Source: an uncultured delta proteobacterium (GTDB lineage: Bacteria > Myxococcota > Kuafuiibacteriia > Kuafuiibacteriales > Kuafuiibacteriaceae). Taken from it: DNA of 64,000 bases. Every line of letters starts with the position of its first letter. Position 1 is the stretch's first letter. The notes beneath the pieces are model-generated. The model saw only the letters and a program-made list of their open reading frames with translations, was not told the origin of the DNA and searched no databases. Where the stretch lies: assembly GCA_963803435.1 (NCBI GenBank), contig CAWDML010000009.1:1728001-1792000 (forward strand), written 5' to 3'. A program made the translations under genes and the position numbers. Shown here piece by piece: positions 30,384-39,929 of this stretch.

Positions 30384-30910
30384 AGACGACACTCTGCTCC
30401 ATGACGTTCGCGATCCTGGCCGCCTCCTGCGGGGGCGGCGACATGCTCCAGTGCGGCGGCAGCGGCAGCGGCGGCGACAGCCTCGACGGCAGCTACTGCG
30501 AGGACGTGACGATCAGCTTCACCGAGGCCGAGGTGCGCCGCCAGAACACCACCGGCGAGGACTACTACGTCTTCGTCCGCTACGTGGACGGCAACGCCAA
30601 CACGGTCGAGCCCCGCAAGGTGCTCGATATCCTGATCCCCTCCTCCGCCGTGGTGATCGAGCCGAACACGCAGATCCTGATCAGCCAGATCCCCGGCGCC
30701 ACGGTGCGAAGGTTCCCCTCGGCCGAGGAGGGCAGCGTGCAGGCGATCGATCTGACCCCCGAGCTCAAGGACACCAGCCAGGTCACCTTCACCGAGTTCA
30801 CCGGTGAGATCGGCTCCAGCGCCAAGGGTGAGTTCGGCTTCCTGTTCGAGAGCGGCCGGACGCTGATGGGCACGTTCGAGAGCCCGATCATCGAGAACAC
30901 GCCCGAGTGA
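30380..30910 (+). CDS. Hypothetical lipoprotein
   Basis: LAASC lipobox; ATG overlaps the previous stop; host-like codon bias. Confidence 0.65.
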   Translation: MKTTLCSMTFAILAASCGGGDMLQCGGSGSGGDSLDGSYCEDVTISFTEAEVRRQNTTGEDYYVFVRYVDGNANTVEPRKVLDILIPSSAVVIEPNTQILISQIPGATVRRFPSAEEGSVQAIDLTPELKDTSQVTFTEFTGEIGSSAKGEFGFLFESGRTLMGTFESPIIENTPE

Positions 30911-30929
30911 GCTCGTCTCAGAGCTCGAG

Positions 30930-31409
30930 CTATTGCTTCTTCCCCTCGGCGGTATCGATGTCGACCTTGATGATGTACTCGGCGACGGCGTCGCTGAAGA
31001 CCTCGATCAGATGGTCGCCTTCGAGGAAGACCTGCTGCGACTGCGAGAACACCTTGTCGTTGCCGGCCTCGCGGAAGATGTCGCGGCCCTCCGACAGGTA
31101 CTGGTAGGTGTCGAAGCACCCGGGCTCGTGCCAGAGGATCTCGGTGTCGATGCCGGTGGCGAGCTCCGACTTGAAGAAGATATTCACGGTGATGAGCGCC
31201 TCCTCCGGCGCCGGCACGATGAACTGGCGTGAGCCCGGGAACTGGCCCTCGAGGTAGCGGCCGGTGCCCATCGTGCACCCGGCGGTGGTCTGGCAGATCG
31301 GAAACGTCCCGTCGCAGCGATCGCGGGAGAGACCGCCCTTGAAGTTGCCCTCGGCCCCGAGACCGAAGTTGCAGCCCGACAACAGGAGCACCAGCCACCA
31401 GCGCTTCAC
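30930..31409 (-). CDS. Hypothetical Cys-containing lipoprotein
   Basis: MKRWWLVLLLSGC lipobox; start overlaps the upstream stop. Confidence 0.65.
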   Translation of the reverse strand: MKRWWLVLLLSGCNFGLGAEGNFKGGLSRDRCDGTFPICQTTAGCTMGTGRYLEGQFPGSRQFIVPAPEEALITVNIFFKSELATGIDTEILWHEPGCFDTYQYLSEGRDIFREAGNDKVFSQSQQVFLEGDHLIEVFSDAVAEYIIKVDIDTAEGKKQ

Positions 31410-32272
31410 TCGGCGACCCCGTTCTTCAGCGTGCCACGCACCTCCGCGATCGACTCGATCTCGAGGAAGGTGCGATCGTCGAGGGTCACGGAGCGATAAC
31501 GATGCCGCGACACGATCAGCGTGAAGGTATCGGCTTGCGAGGCCAGAAGGAAGACCGCGACCGAGGCCGGCAGCGTTTGACAGCCGTCGTCGGGCATCAC
31601 GCAGACGACGTCGCCGCCGGACTCGACGCCCATGGTCTGATCCGGATCGATGGCGATGACCACGAAGTCGCCGTTGCCCTTGTTCCAGGCGACATTGAGG
31701 TCGCCCAGCTCCACCAGGGTGGTGCCGTCGAGCGGCGGATCGGAGATCGCGAGCGGATCGGGCGCCGTGACCATCTCGTCGAAGGCCGGGAAGCTGTCGC
31801 CCTCACCCACCACCTCGAGCGAGCCGGCCCCCAGGATCGGATCGCCGGCGTCGAGGTAGAGCCCCGAGTCCACCTCCGAGGCGCGCACGGTACCTCGGGC
31901 GGTACCGCGGACCTCGAGCGACGACAGCGCGAGCGGGACCAGCCCGGTGGCCGGCTGGCCGCGCGAGATCCGGCCCAGGCACTCATCGGAGAGCGCCATG
32001 AAGGCGGCGTCGGTCGCTGTACGCGTGGAGACGTCGAAGAAGGCGCCCTGGATCCGGCCCTGGTGAAGGGCCTGCGGCAGGCCGTCGTCGCCCAGCGTGC
32101 GCGTATCGCGATCGAGCAGCGTAATCTTGCCCTGAAGTGGTACATCCGACTCCTCAGGAACCACCACGTTCCCGAGGTGCTCGAAGCAAGCCTGGTCGGG
32201 CTCCTCCTCGCCGCCGCATCCGACGAGCGCAGCCACGACAATCAACGAGAGCTGGGGACGCTGCGCGCTCAT
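31406..32272 (-). CDS. Hypothetical lipoprotein
   Basis: ATG 32272, LVGC lipobox; LNVAW...VVCVMPDDG motif. Confidence 0.65.
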   Translation of the reverse strand: MSAQRPQLSLIVVAALVGCGGEEEPDQACFEHLGNVVVPEESDVPLQGKITLLDRDTRTLGDDGLPQALHQGRIQGAFFDVSTRTATDAAFMALSDECLGRISRGQPATGLVPLALSSLEVRGTARGTVRASEVDSGLYLDAGDPILGAGSLEVVGEGDSFPAFDEMVTAPDPLAISDPPLDGTTLVELGDLNVAWNKGNGDFVVIAIDPDQTMGVESGGDVVCVMPDDGCQTLPASVAVFLLASQADTFTLIVSRHRYRSVTLDDRTFLEIESIAEVRGTLKNGVAE

Positions 32273-32279
32273 CCGGACG

Positions 32280-32289
32280 ATGATAGCCT
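32280..32289. promoter_or_regulatory. Overlapping divergent -10 boxes (TATCAT minus, TAGCCT plus)
   Basis: ATGATAGCCT lies 7 nt from ATG 32272 (-) and 6 nt from GTG 32296 (+) within a 23-bp intergenic gap. Confidence 0.55.
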
Positions 32290-32295
32290 TCGCTC

Positions 32296-32937
32296 GTGCG
32301 GGCTCCAAGAGCACCCCTGTTCGCGACCCTCCTCGCTGCGTCCTGCGCCGCGCCCTCGCTCACCGTCGACAAGGACGTCCTCGACAAGATCACCATCGAG
32401 AACAAGCTCCTCCTCTTCGACGCCGAGAACGAGCTCAACATCGCGATCGACTCGCGAGATCAGGTCGTGGACGAGATCGAGCAGATCAAGGAGGACATCC
32501 GGCGCGCCAAGAAGAAGTTGGAGGTGGCGGAGCGCGATCAGGAGGCATTCAACGACAAGGGCGACCAGGAGCGCGCGAAGGTGGCCGCCTACAAGGGCAC
32601 CTCGGAGGAGGCCCGGATCGACTATCTCGACGCCCGCCTCGACTGGGCCCGCGCCCGCCTGGGACGGGAGCGCGCCAAGCTGATCGTCGCCAAGGCCAAG
32701 TTCGAGCTGGCGAAGGCGAGCCTGGTCAAGAAGAACAACGTCCCCGGTGCCTCGAGCATCGACCTCGCGGACTTCGAGGCGCAGGTCAAAGACTACGAGG
32801 AGGACGTGACCGACGCCGACGAGGACATCAAGGAGACCGAGTCCGAGATGAAGCAGAAGGAGAACGCCTGGCTGGTCGCAAGCAAAGCGCTGCGCCAGGC
32901 CACCGGCGGCGCGCTCGGCTCTCGTTGGATCGACTGA
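32296..32937 (+). CDS. Coiled-coil lipoprotein
   Basis: LAASC lipobox followed by long K/E/A-rich heptad helices. Confidence 0.7.
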   Translation: MRAPRAPLFATLLAASCAAPSLTVDKDVLDKITIENKLLLFDAENELNIAIDSRDQVVDEIEQIKEDIRRAKKKLEVAERDQEAFNDKGDQERAKVAAYKGTSEEARIDYLDARLDWARARLGRERAKLIVAKAKFELAKASLVKKNNVPGASSIDLADFEAQVKDYEEDVTDADEDIKETESEMKQKENAWLVASKALRQATGGALGSRWID

Positions 32938-32954
32938 GCTCCGGAGCGAACGAA

Positions 32955-34947
32955 GTGAGCGACCTGATCTCGAGACTCACAGCGGTGCTCGTCGCGCTGG
33001 CGATACCCGCGCTCGCGCACGCCCAGGAGCCGGACGGTGAGCTCGGCCCCGACACCCTCCACAAGCCGGAGCTCGACAAGAAGGCGCTGGAGGCGGAGCG
33101 CGATCAGCTGCGAGCGCACCTCAAGGAGACCCCGGACGACACCGCCGCCAAGAAGCGTCTGGCCGCCGCGCTCTTCCATCTGGGCTCGCCGCAGGAGGCG
33201 CTCGGTCTGCTGCTCTCGCTTCGCCAAGAGAACCCCGACGACCCCGACACGCTCTACATGCTGGGCGCGCTTCACGAGCTCGAAGGCAACCTCCCCGACG
33301 CGATCAAGAACTACGAGGCCGCGCTGCGTCTGACGCCCGAGAACGCCGTGCTGCTGCTGGATCTCGGCCTGGCGTTCCGGCGGAAGGGTGAGCTGGAGAG
33401 CGCGGTCGAGCTCTACACGAAGGCGATCCACGAAGATGGGGACATGGCGGTGGCCTACTTCGATCGCGGAGAGGCCGAGGAGAAGCTCGACAAGCGGGAG
33501 GACGCCATCGCGGACTACCTCAAGGCGGGCCAGATCGATCGGGCCTACGCTCGGCCACACGTGGCGCTGGGCAAGATCTACGCGGACCTGGGGCTCAACG
33601 ACAAGGCGGTGGCCAGCCTCAACAAGGCGCTCCGGATCGATCCGGCCGAGCCGGACGCCCACTACAACCTCGGCGTGATCTACTTCCGCCAGCGGCGGTA
33701 TCGCGACGCCGTCGCCGAGTACGAGAAGGCGCTGGTGTCGAGGCCCGATCACGCGCGCGCGCACAACAACCTGGGGGTCGCGCTCGACCGCATCGGCCAG
33801 CGCGACAAGGCGATCGAGGCCTTCCGGAAGGCCGTCGCGATCCGGCCCAAGTACGTGGACGCCGAGTTCAACCTGGGGCTCGCCTACTTCCGGGCCGGGC
33901 GGCTCGACGAGGCCGGCCAGCAGTTCGAGAAGGTGCTGGAGCTGAAGCCCGACCTCCCCGAGGCGCAGTTCCACTTGGGCGAGGTCTACTACCAGCGCGG
34001 CAAGACCGGGAAGGCGTTGAAGCTCTATCAGAAGGCGCTCTTCACCCGGCCGCAGGACGCCCTCACCTACCGGCGGATGGCCCGGGCCTATCTGGATCAG
34101 GGCGAGCCGCAGCAGGCGGTGCACTTCCTGGAGAAGCTGGTGGAGCTGGCGCCAGACGACGCGTCGGCGCACCAGCAGCTGGGCTTGGCGCTGGTGGCGG
34201 TGGGGACGCGCGCGTCGCTCGAGCGCGCGGTCGCCGAGATCGAGCAGGCCGGCAAGCTCGATCCCGAGGCGCCCGGGATCCTGGTGAGCCTGGCCGAGGC
34301 CGAGCAGGCGCGGAAGCGGACGGATCAAGCGGTGGCGGCCCTCAAGCAGGCGCTGGAGCTGGAGCCGGGCCACGAGCAGGCCACGCTGGCCCTCGGGCGC
34401 ATCTACGAGGCGACCCATCGGGACGAGGAGGCGCTCCACCTCTACGAGCGATCGCTCGAGCGCCACCCGACCTTCGCCGACGCCCACTTCCGCATGGCGC
34501 AGATCTACAAGGCGGCCGGCAAGCGCGACTCCGAGCGCTCGCACTATGAGAAGGCGCTGCTCCTCGATCCGGCGTTCGTGAAGGCGCGGGCCGAGCTGGC
34601 CGGCTCGTACCTCGAGACCGGCGAGCTCGACGCGGCGCTGGGCGAGCTCGAGCAGGCGATTGAGATGGACGGCACGTACGGACCGTCGCACTACTACCTG
34701 GCCGCGGTCCTCGATCGAAAGGGCGGCCAGGACGTGCGCGCGCTGGAGGAGGCCCGCAAGGCCGCCGAGCTGACGGAGGATCGGCCCGAGGTGTTCAAGG
34801 TGCTCGGCGCCCTCGAGTACAAGTCCGGCAACCTCGAGCGCGCCAAGAAGGCCTACGAGCGCGCCGTCAAGCTCGATCCCCGGAACAGCGATTCTCGTCT
34901 TCAAGCTGAAGGACATCGAGAAGGCCATCGCCAAGAAGGAAGGGTGA
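32955..34947 (+). CDS. Exported multi-TPR protein (~663 aa), apparent +1 frameshift at ~34893 near the C-terminus
   Basis: GTG start, signal ...AHA|QE; many canonical TPRs (AHYNLG, AHNNLG, AEFNLG). Removing one t gives RNSDLVFKLKDIEKAIAKKEG* with a TGATG overlap into the next gene. Confidence 0.8.
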
Positions 34948-35855
34948 TGTCTTCGACCACTCGGCTGTTCGCCGCCCTCGCGCTCACGGGGTGCGCCCCC
35001 GGAGGATGGCGCGTGCTCGACTCCGGGGCCCCGGTACGGCTGCACGGCGTCTACGTAGTGTCGGCGAAGCGCACGCTCGCCGCCGGCGACAAAGGAACGA
35101 TCGTCGAGTGGGACGGCAAGAACGTCACGCTGACCTCGACGGACGCCGACCCCGGCCCCCGCATCCCCGATCTCTACGGGATCGCCAGCCACGACGGCGT
35201 CGACTACGTCGCCGGCGATCAGGGCACCGTGCTGGTGCGAAGCGGGCGCGACTACGTGGCGGAGAGCTCACGCACGCAGGCGCGCCTGCTCACGATGATC
35301 TCGGCGACGCCCTCGATCCTCTACGCCGCCGGAGAGAGCGGCCGGGTCATCCGCCGCGCCGGCGGCGCCTGGGCGCGCGTCGACGTGGGCGCCGGCGAGG
35401 CCAAGGTCACCGGCGCCTGGGCGATCAGCGACGCCGCGGTCGCGTTCACCACCGACACCGGTCTGGTCCTCGACAAGGTCGGCGACCGCTTCGTCGCCAC
35501 CCCGGTGGAGACCGGCACCGCCGCCGTTCCGCTGTTCGGCGTCTGGTCCTCCACCACCGCGGGCGACACCTACGCCGTCGGCCTCGGCGGCGCCATCTTC
35601 AGCCGGCCCGCCGGCGAGGAGACCTTCGAGCAGGTGGCCAGCGCGCCCGGAGATCTCTACGCGATCTTCGGCGTGGCGCCCGACCGCATCTGGGCGGTGG
35701 GTGCGGACGGCACGATCATGCGCTACGACGGCACCACCTGGAAGGGCGTCCCCTCGGGGACCTCGGTGGATTTGTTCTCGATCCACGGCACACCCGACGG
35801 AAGCTTCGTGGCGGCGGCGGGGGATCGAGGAACGCTGGTCATCCTCGAGGAGTGA
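34947..35855 (+). CDS. WD40/YVTN/BNR-like beta-propeller lipoprotein (302 aa)
   Basis: Own signal MSSTTRLFAALALTGC; repeats LYGIA..YVAGDQGTVL, LFGVW..YAVGLGGAIF, LYAIFG..WAVGADGTIMRYDGTTW. Confidence 0.75.
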   Translation: MSSTTRLFAALALTGCAPGGWRVLDSGAPVRLHGVYVVSAKRTLAAGDKGTIVEWDGKNVTLTSTDADPGPRIPDLYGIASHDGVDYVAGDQGTVLVRSGRDYVAESSRTQARLLTMISATPSILYAAGESGRVIRRAGGAWARVDVGAGEAKVTGAWAISDAAVAFTTDTGLVLDKVGDRFVATPVETGTAAVPLFGVWSSTTAGDTYAVGLGGAIFSRPAGEETFEQVASAPGDLYAIFGVAPDRIWAVGADGTIMRYDGTTWKGVPSGTSVDLFSIHGTPDGSFVAAAGDRGTLVILEE

Positions 35856-35860
35856 GCCGA

Positions 35861-36325
35861 TCAGCGCAGCGAGGACTCCAGCTCCATCACCCACGATCCG
35901 TCCGGCTGCTTGAACCAGTAGAAGAGCATCTCCACGTCCCGGAGCACATCGGGCTGATCGCGCGTGTTGCTGTCGCCGAGCACGCGGTAGAAGACGTCCA
36001 CGCGGACCCGCCCGCGGTTCTCCTTGCGATCGAACTCGACCTCGAGGATCTGCCAGCGCTGGATGTCGAGGACCTCGTGCTTCACCATGAAGACGCGGCG
36101 GATCAGCTCGGGGATGTCGCGCTTCTCCTGCGTGGCCGGCAGGTGGTACGTGGAGGCGCGCGCGAAGTCCTTGAACTTGATGTCCTCGAGGAAGTCGACG
36201 GTGCGGTCCCTGAGCAGCGCGGCGTCCTCGTTGCCCAGCACGCCGCCCGGCTGGGACAGCGCCCACAGCGCGCCGCCCGCGAGCATCAGCGCCACCACCA
36301 GCACGATCAGGCTCTTCTTCACCAT
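35861..36325 (-). CDS. Hypothetical membrane-anchored protein (possible NTF2-like fold)
   Basis: ATG 36325 overlapping the permease 3' end; N-terminal TM, then mixed alpha/beta domain ending WFKQPDGSW. Confidence 0.6.
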   Translation of the reverse strand: MVKKSLIVLVVALMLAGGALWALSQPGGVLGNEDAALLRDRTVDFLEDIKFKDFARASTYHLPATQEKRDIPELIRRVFMVKHEVLDIQRWQILEVEFDRKENRGRVRVDVFYRVLGDSNTRDQPDVLRDVEMLFYWFKQPDGSWVMELESSLR

Positions 36326-37059
36326 CGGGCCCTCCTCAAGAGCAGCACGGTCACCAGATACGAGACCAGGATCGTCACGAAGAGCACCGCCAGCCCGCCC
36401 ACGACCGTGCTCCATTCGGTCTTCGCGGCGCGCAGCTGCTCGAGGATCGAGTACGACCAGTAGACCGGCATCGCGTGGCGGACGGCGTCGGTCCAGCCGC
36501 TGAAGCGCTCGCCGATCACGAAGTCGGAGAAGAGGATCTGGGGGATCACCACCAGCGGCACCGCCATCACCGCCTTGTCGGCGCTCCTGACGCTCGCAGA
36601 GATGAGGAGACCGATCGCGGTGCCGGCCAGCGCCGTCGGGATCAGCGCCGCCGCCACCCACCACACCTGAACGTGCATCGCGATCTCCGAGCGCACGATC
36701 CCCGCCAGCGCCGTGGCGGCCAGCACCATCACGATCGCCTGCACGCGGAGCTTCGAGAGCACATAGGAGCCGACCGAGAGGTTGAACATGCGCTCGCGCA
36801 GGAAGAGGTCGCGCTCCTTGACGATCTCGCGCGACGCGTTGATCGCGCCCAGGAAGAAGGCCGAGAGGGAGAGGACGAAGTAGAGCGCCAGCGAGTCGTT
36901 GTCGACGTTCGACCAGACGCCTGCGATCAGGAGCCCGATGAGCGGCGCCTGGACGGCGAGGAGGAGCAGCGTGGGCAGATCGCCGAGGAGCACGTCGAGG
37001 TACCGGTCGGCCAGGATCGCGGTCTGGCGTCGATCGACGGAGAACACGCTCCCTCTCAT
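36319..37059 (-). CDS. ABC-2 type permease
   Basis: NASREIVKERDLFLRERMFNLSVGSYVLSKL, VIPQILFS; multiple TM helices. Confidence 0.85.
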   Translation of the reverse strand: MRGSVFSVDRRQTAILADRYLDVLLGDLPTLLLLAVQAPLIGLLIAGVWSNVDNDSLALYFVLSLSAFFLGAINASREIVKERDLFLRERMFNLSVGSYVLSKLRVQAIVMVLAATALAGIVRSEIAMHVQVWWVAAALIPTALAGTAIGLLISASVRSADKAVMAVPLVVIPQILFSDFVIGERFSGWTDAVRHAMPVYWSYSILEQLRAAKTEWSTVVGGLAVLFVTILVSYLVTVLLLRRARW

Positions 37060-37893
37060 CTAGACACTCCCTGCGCGCTGTCCAGGAAGCGGCGGGGGCG
37101 GCCGCGAGAGCCGCTCCACCACGTAGGTCCGATGGAGCGGAGAGGCGAGAAACCGCGTGACCCAGCGCTCGGCGCCGTCCTTGGCCAGCACCCGATACAT
37201 CTCGGCGGCGTCGGTGGCGCCGAAGAAGGCCGGCGCGTCCCGGGGTGGGCCGACGTAGACCACCCTGCCCTTCGTCATCACCACCGCCAGGTCGGCGCGA
37301 TCCAGCGACGCGGTGATGTGCGTGGTCACCAGCGTCAGCCGGTCCTCCGTGGTGAGCGCGCGGAACAGATCCATCATCTGCTCCTCGAGGGCCGGATCGA
37401 GGCCACTGGTCGGCTCGTCGAGGAACATCAACGGCGGCTCCGCGAGCAGCTCCACCGCGATCGACACCCGCTTTCGCTGGCCGCCCGAGAGATTCTTCAC
37501 CTTGACCTTCCTCCGGTCGGACAGCCCGACGGCGGCGAGCGCGCGCAGGACCGCGCGATCGGCGGCCTGCTGGTCGGCGCTCTCGAGCCGGAGCCTCGCC
37601 GAGTAGGTCAGCGTCTTCTCGACCGAGAGCGCCCGATGGACCACGTCGTCCTGCGGCACGAAGCCGATCAACCGCTTCAGCCCGTCCACCTCCCGATACA
37701 AGTCGCGGCCGCAGATCCGGACCTCGCCGGCGCCCGGCGCGATCGCGGTCATCGCCCGCAACAACGTCGACTTCCCGCAACCCGACGGTCCCAGCAGCGC
37801 TACCAGCTCACCGCTCTCGAAGCAGAGATCGATCCCGTGCAGGATGCCTTCGACCGAGAGCCGGCGCACGTCGACGCGATACCGCGGGGCCAT
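37060..37893 (-). CDS. ABC transporter ATP-binding protein (ABCG/Rv1747-like NBD)
   Basis: GPSGCGKST, GFVPQDDVVH, LSGGQRKRVSIAVELL, FLDEPTSGLDP. Confidence 0.92.
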   Translation of the reverse strand: MAPRYRVDVRRLSVEGILHGIDLCFESGELVALLGPSGCGKSTLLRAMTAIAPGAGEVRICGRDLYREVDGLKRLIGFVPQDDVVHRALSVEKTLTYSARLRLESADQQAADRAVLRALAAVGLSDRRKVKVKNLSGGQRKRVSIAVELLAEPPLMFLDEPTSGLDPALEEQMMDLFRALTTEDRLTLVTTHITASLDRADLAVVMTKGRVVYVGPPRDAPAFFGATDAAEMYRVLAKDGAERWVTRFLASPLHRTYVVERLSRPPPPLPGQRAGSV

Positions 37894-39816
37894 CTACTGA
37901 TCGAACGACACGAAGTCTTCTTCGCGGACCTCGATCGCAGGCGTGTCGGGATCGCGGCGGCCGTCCGGCGGAGCACTCTCGGGCGACAGATAGTTCACCG
38001 GCACCTGCGTCACGTGGAAGACGCCGTAGCGCTCGAGGGCGCCGTCGGGGACCTGCCCGAAGATCACGTCGATGGTGTTGTTGCCCTTGCCGAAGCCGCG
38101 ATCGAGCGTCTCCACCAGCGTGATGTTGCTGACCCGGAAGTCGTAGCAGCTCCGCTGATCGGTGGTCACGCCCAGATCGGTGATCCGGTAGCGATACGCC
38201 AGCTCGGAGCGGACCTGGGCGTCGTTGCTGAGCGCGTCGGTGTGCGCGCTGATCTCGCGGCCGTTGTTGACGCCGTCCAGGTCGATGTCGTCGAGGTTGT
38301 CGTTGAACAACGGGTTGGTGCCGGCGCGGAACTCGATCTGATCGGGGAAGCCGTCCGCGTCCGTATCGAAGAGCGTCTTGTCGGTTCCGAGGAGCTTCTC
38401 CTCGCAGTCGTGCAGGCCGTCGCCGTCGGTGTCGACGGTGGGATCCTCGCAGTCCGGCAGCACGGTCGGCGTCAGCGGATCGAGGTTCAGCGTGCGGAGC
38501 AGATGCTCCAGCCGATCGTTGTAGTAGTCGCCGTCGGTGTCCTCGCTCTGTGGCGAGAGCCCGAGCTCGATCTCCTCCTCGTCCGAGAGGCCGTCGCCGT
38601 CGCTGTCGGGGACGAAGCCGTTCTCGGTGGCGATGGCGTTGCGGTTGAAGGCGAGGAACTCCTTCAGCACGAACAGCCGCTGCGTGCTGCGGAAGTCGAT
38701 CTTCGAGAGGTTGATCTGGTCGGGGTACGCGAAGCGCTCGTAGCGGCCGCCGGTGGCGAGGGCCATCCCCAGCCCGATCCGCTCCGCCCGACAGAAGATC
38801 CGGCAGTCGTTCTCGCAGACCCCGTTGCCCGCGTTGCATCCGTAGGGGTAGGCCGGATCCGAACAATCCATGGTGCGGCCGTCGTGATCGTTGTCCAGAC
38901 CGTCGAAGCAGCTGAACTCGCCGCTGGCGCACGAGTTGATCATGCTGCCGTCCGGGAGCGTGCTCTGGGCGCAGATCCCGTTCGGCGCCGTGCAGTCGGC
39001 GTCCACGTTGCAGAGCTGCGCGCATCGCCCGCTGTCGAGCCGGGCCCCGGTCTGGACGCAGGCCAGACCCGCGGCGCCGTTGCAGGCCGCCGCCCCGTCC
39101 CGCGGATCGCAGGGCGCGCCCTGGACGTGGGGCGGCTCGATGAAGATCGAGTGGAACACGAACTCCGCCGCGCCCAGCGAGAGCACCTGGTCGCGGAGCT
39201 TGCGGACCAGATCCTCGAAGTACGCGGGCTCGCAGTCCGCCGGCCGCGGCATCAGGTTGTCGCACTTGTTGTTGCCGATGGCCGGGACCGGAGAGGCCGA
39301 CATGATGTGAACGACCACGTACTTTGTGCGCGACAAGGGCCCGAGATCAGCCTGGAAAGCGTCACCGGTGATGATGCTGCGGGCCAGCGACATCGCGCTG
39401 TCGAGATCGCGCCCGCCGCCCGAGTTGCGGAGTTGGACGATCGCCTGATCGAGCATCGCCGGGTCGCGCGTGTAGCCCGAGTTGACGGTGCCGACCTGCT
39501 CGCTCACCAGCGTGGTCGCATCATCGCCATACTTGATCACGCCGAGGAAGACGTTGGCGATGGGCAGGAACTGGCTGATGGTCTGCTCGATCGCGTTGAC
39601 CTGCTCGCCGCCGGCCGCCGTGTCGAACATCTGCCCGCTGCCGTCGACGATAAAGAGGATCTTCACCGGAAACTGGCGCGTCGCCGGGTTGTCGGTGCAC
39701 AGCGTCGCGACCACGCCCATCTTGTCGACGAGCTGAGGCGCCTGACCGACCTTCCCGTAGAGGTTCACATCGGTACAGGCGCACAGCGCGACGAGCGCGA
39801 GGAGTCGAAGGCGCAT
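37894..39816 (-). CDS. Third MtsD-like vWA lipoprotein with degenerate MIDAS
   Basis: LCAC lipobox; FPVKILFIVDGSGQM; LSRTKYVVV; DSDGDGL repeats; CYDFRVSNITL. Confidence 0.8.
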   Translation of the reverse strand: MRLRLLALVALCACTDVNLYGKVGQAPQLVDKMGVVATLCTDNPATRQFPVKILFIVDGSGQMFDTAAGGEQVNAIEQTISQFLPIANVFLGVIKYGDDATTLVSEQVGTVNSGYTRDPAMLDQAIVQLRNSGGGRDLDSAMSLARSIITGDAFQADLGPLSRTKYVVVHIMSASPVPAIGNNKCDNLMPRPADCEPAYFEDLVRKLRDQVLSLGAAEFVFHSIFIEPPHVQGAPCDPRDGAAACNGAAGLACVQTGARLDSGRCAQLCNVDADCTAPNGICAQSTLPDGSMINSCASGEFSCFDGLDNDHDGRTMDCSDPAYPYGCNAGNGVCENDCRIFCRAERIGLGMALATGGRYERFAYPDQINLSKIDFRSTQRLFVLKEFLAFNRNAIATENGFVPDSDGDGLSDEEEIELGLSPQSEDTDGDYYNDRLEHLLRTLNLDPLTPTVLPDCEDPTVDTDGDGLHDCEEKLLGTDKTLFDTDADGFPDQIEFRAGTNPLFNDNLDDIDLDGVNNGREISAHTDALSNDAQVRSELAYRYRITDLGVTTDQRSCYDFRVSNITLVETLDRGFGKGNNTIDVIFGQVPDGALERYGVFHVTQVPVNYLSPESAPPDGRRDPDTPAIEVREEDFVSFDQ

Positions 39817-39929
39817 CGCTCCCCGACTATAGCGGAGCGCCCGAGCGCAAAGGAGTGGGAGGCGGTCTTACTCGAGCGGCCGCCCGCGCGGGTCGCGGGT
39901 GGCAGAGGTCTCTGGCTATGATGGGGCCC

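Noticed and set aside
32280-35855. 1191-aa TPR/beta-propeller fusion ORF in the track
   Set aside because: The first 225 codons are off-frame shadow of 32296..32937. The fusion arises from a +1 indel at ~34893; the propeller has its own lipoprotein signal and a TGATG overlap.
36475-39921. Very long antisense or alternate-frame ORFs (also 20497..23502, 43346..46015, 53614..56880, 1597..3954 and others)
   Set aside because: Shadow ORFs expected in high-GC DNA opposite genes with clear family motifs; they have no recognisable domains.
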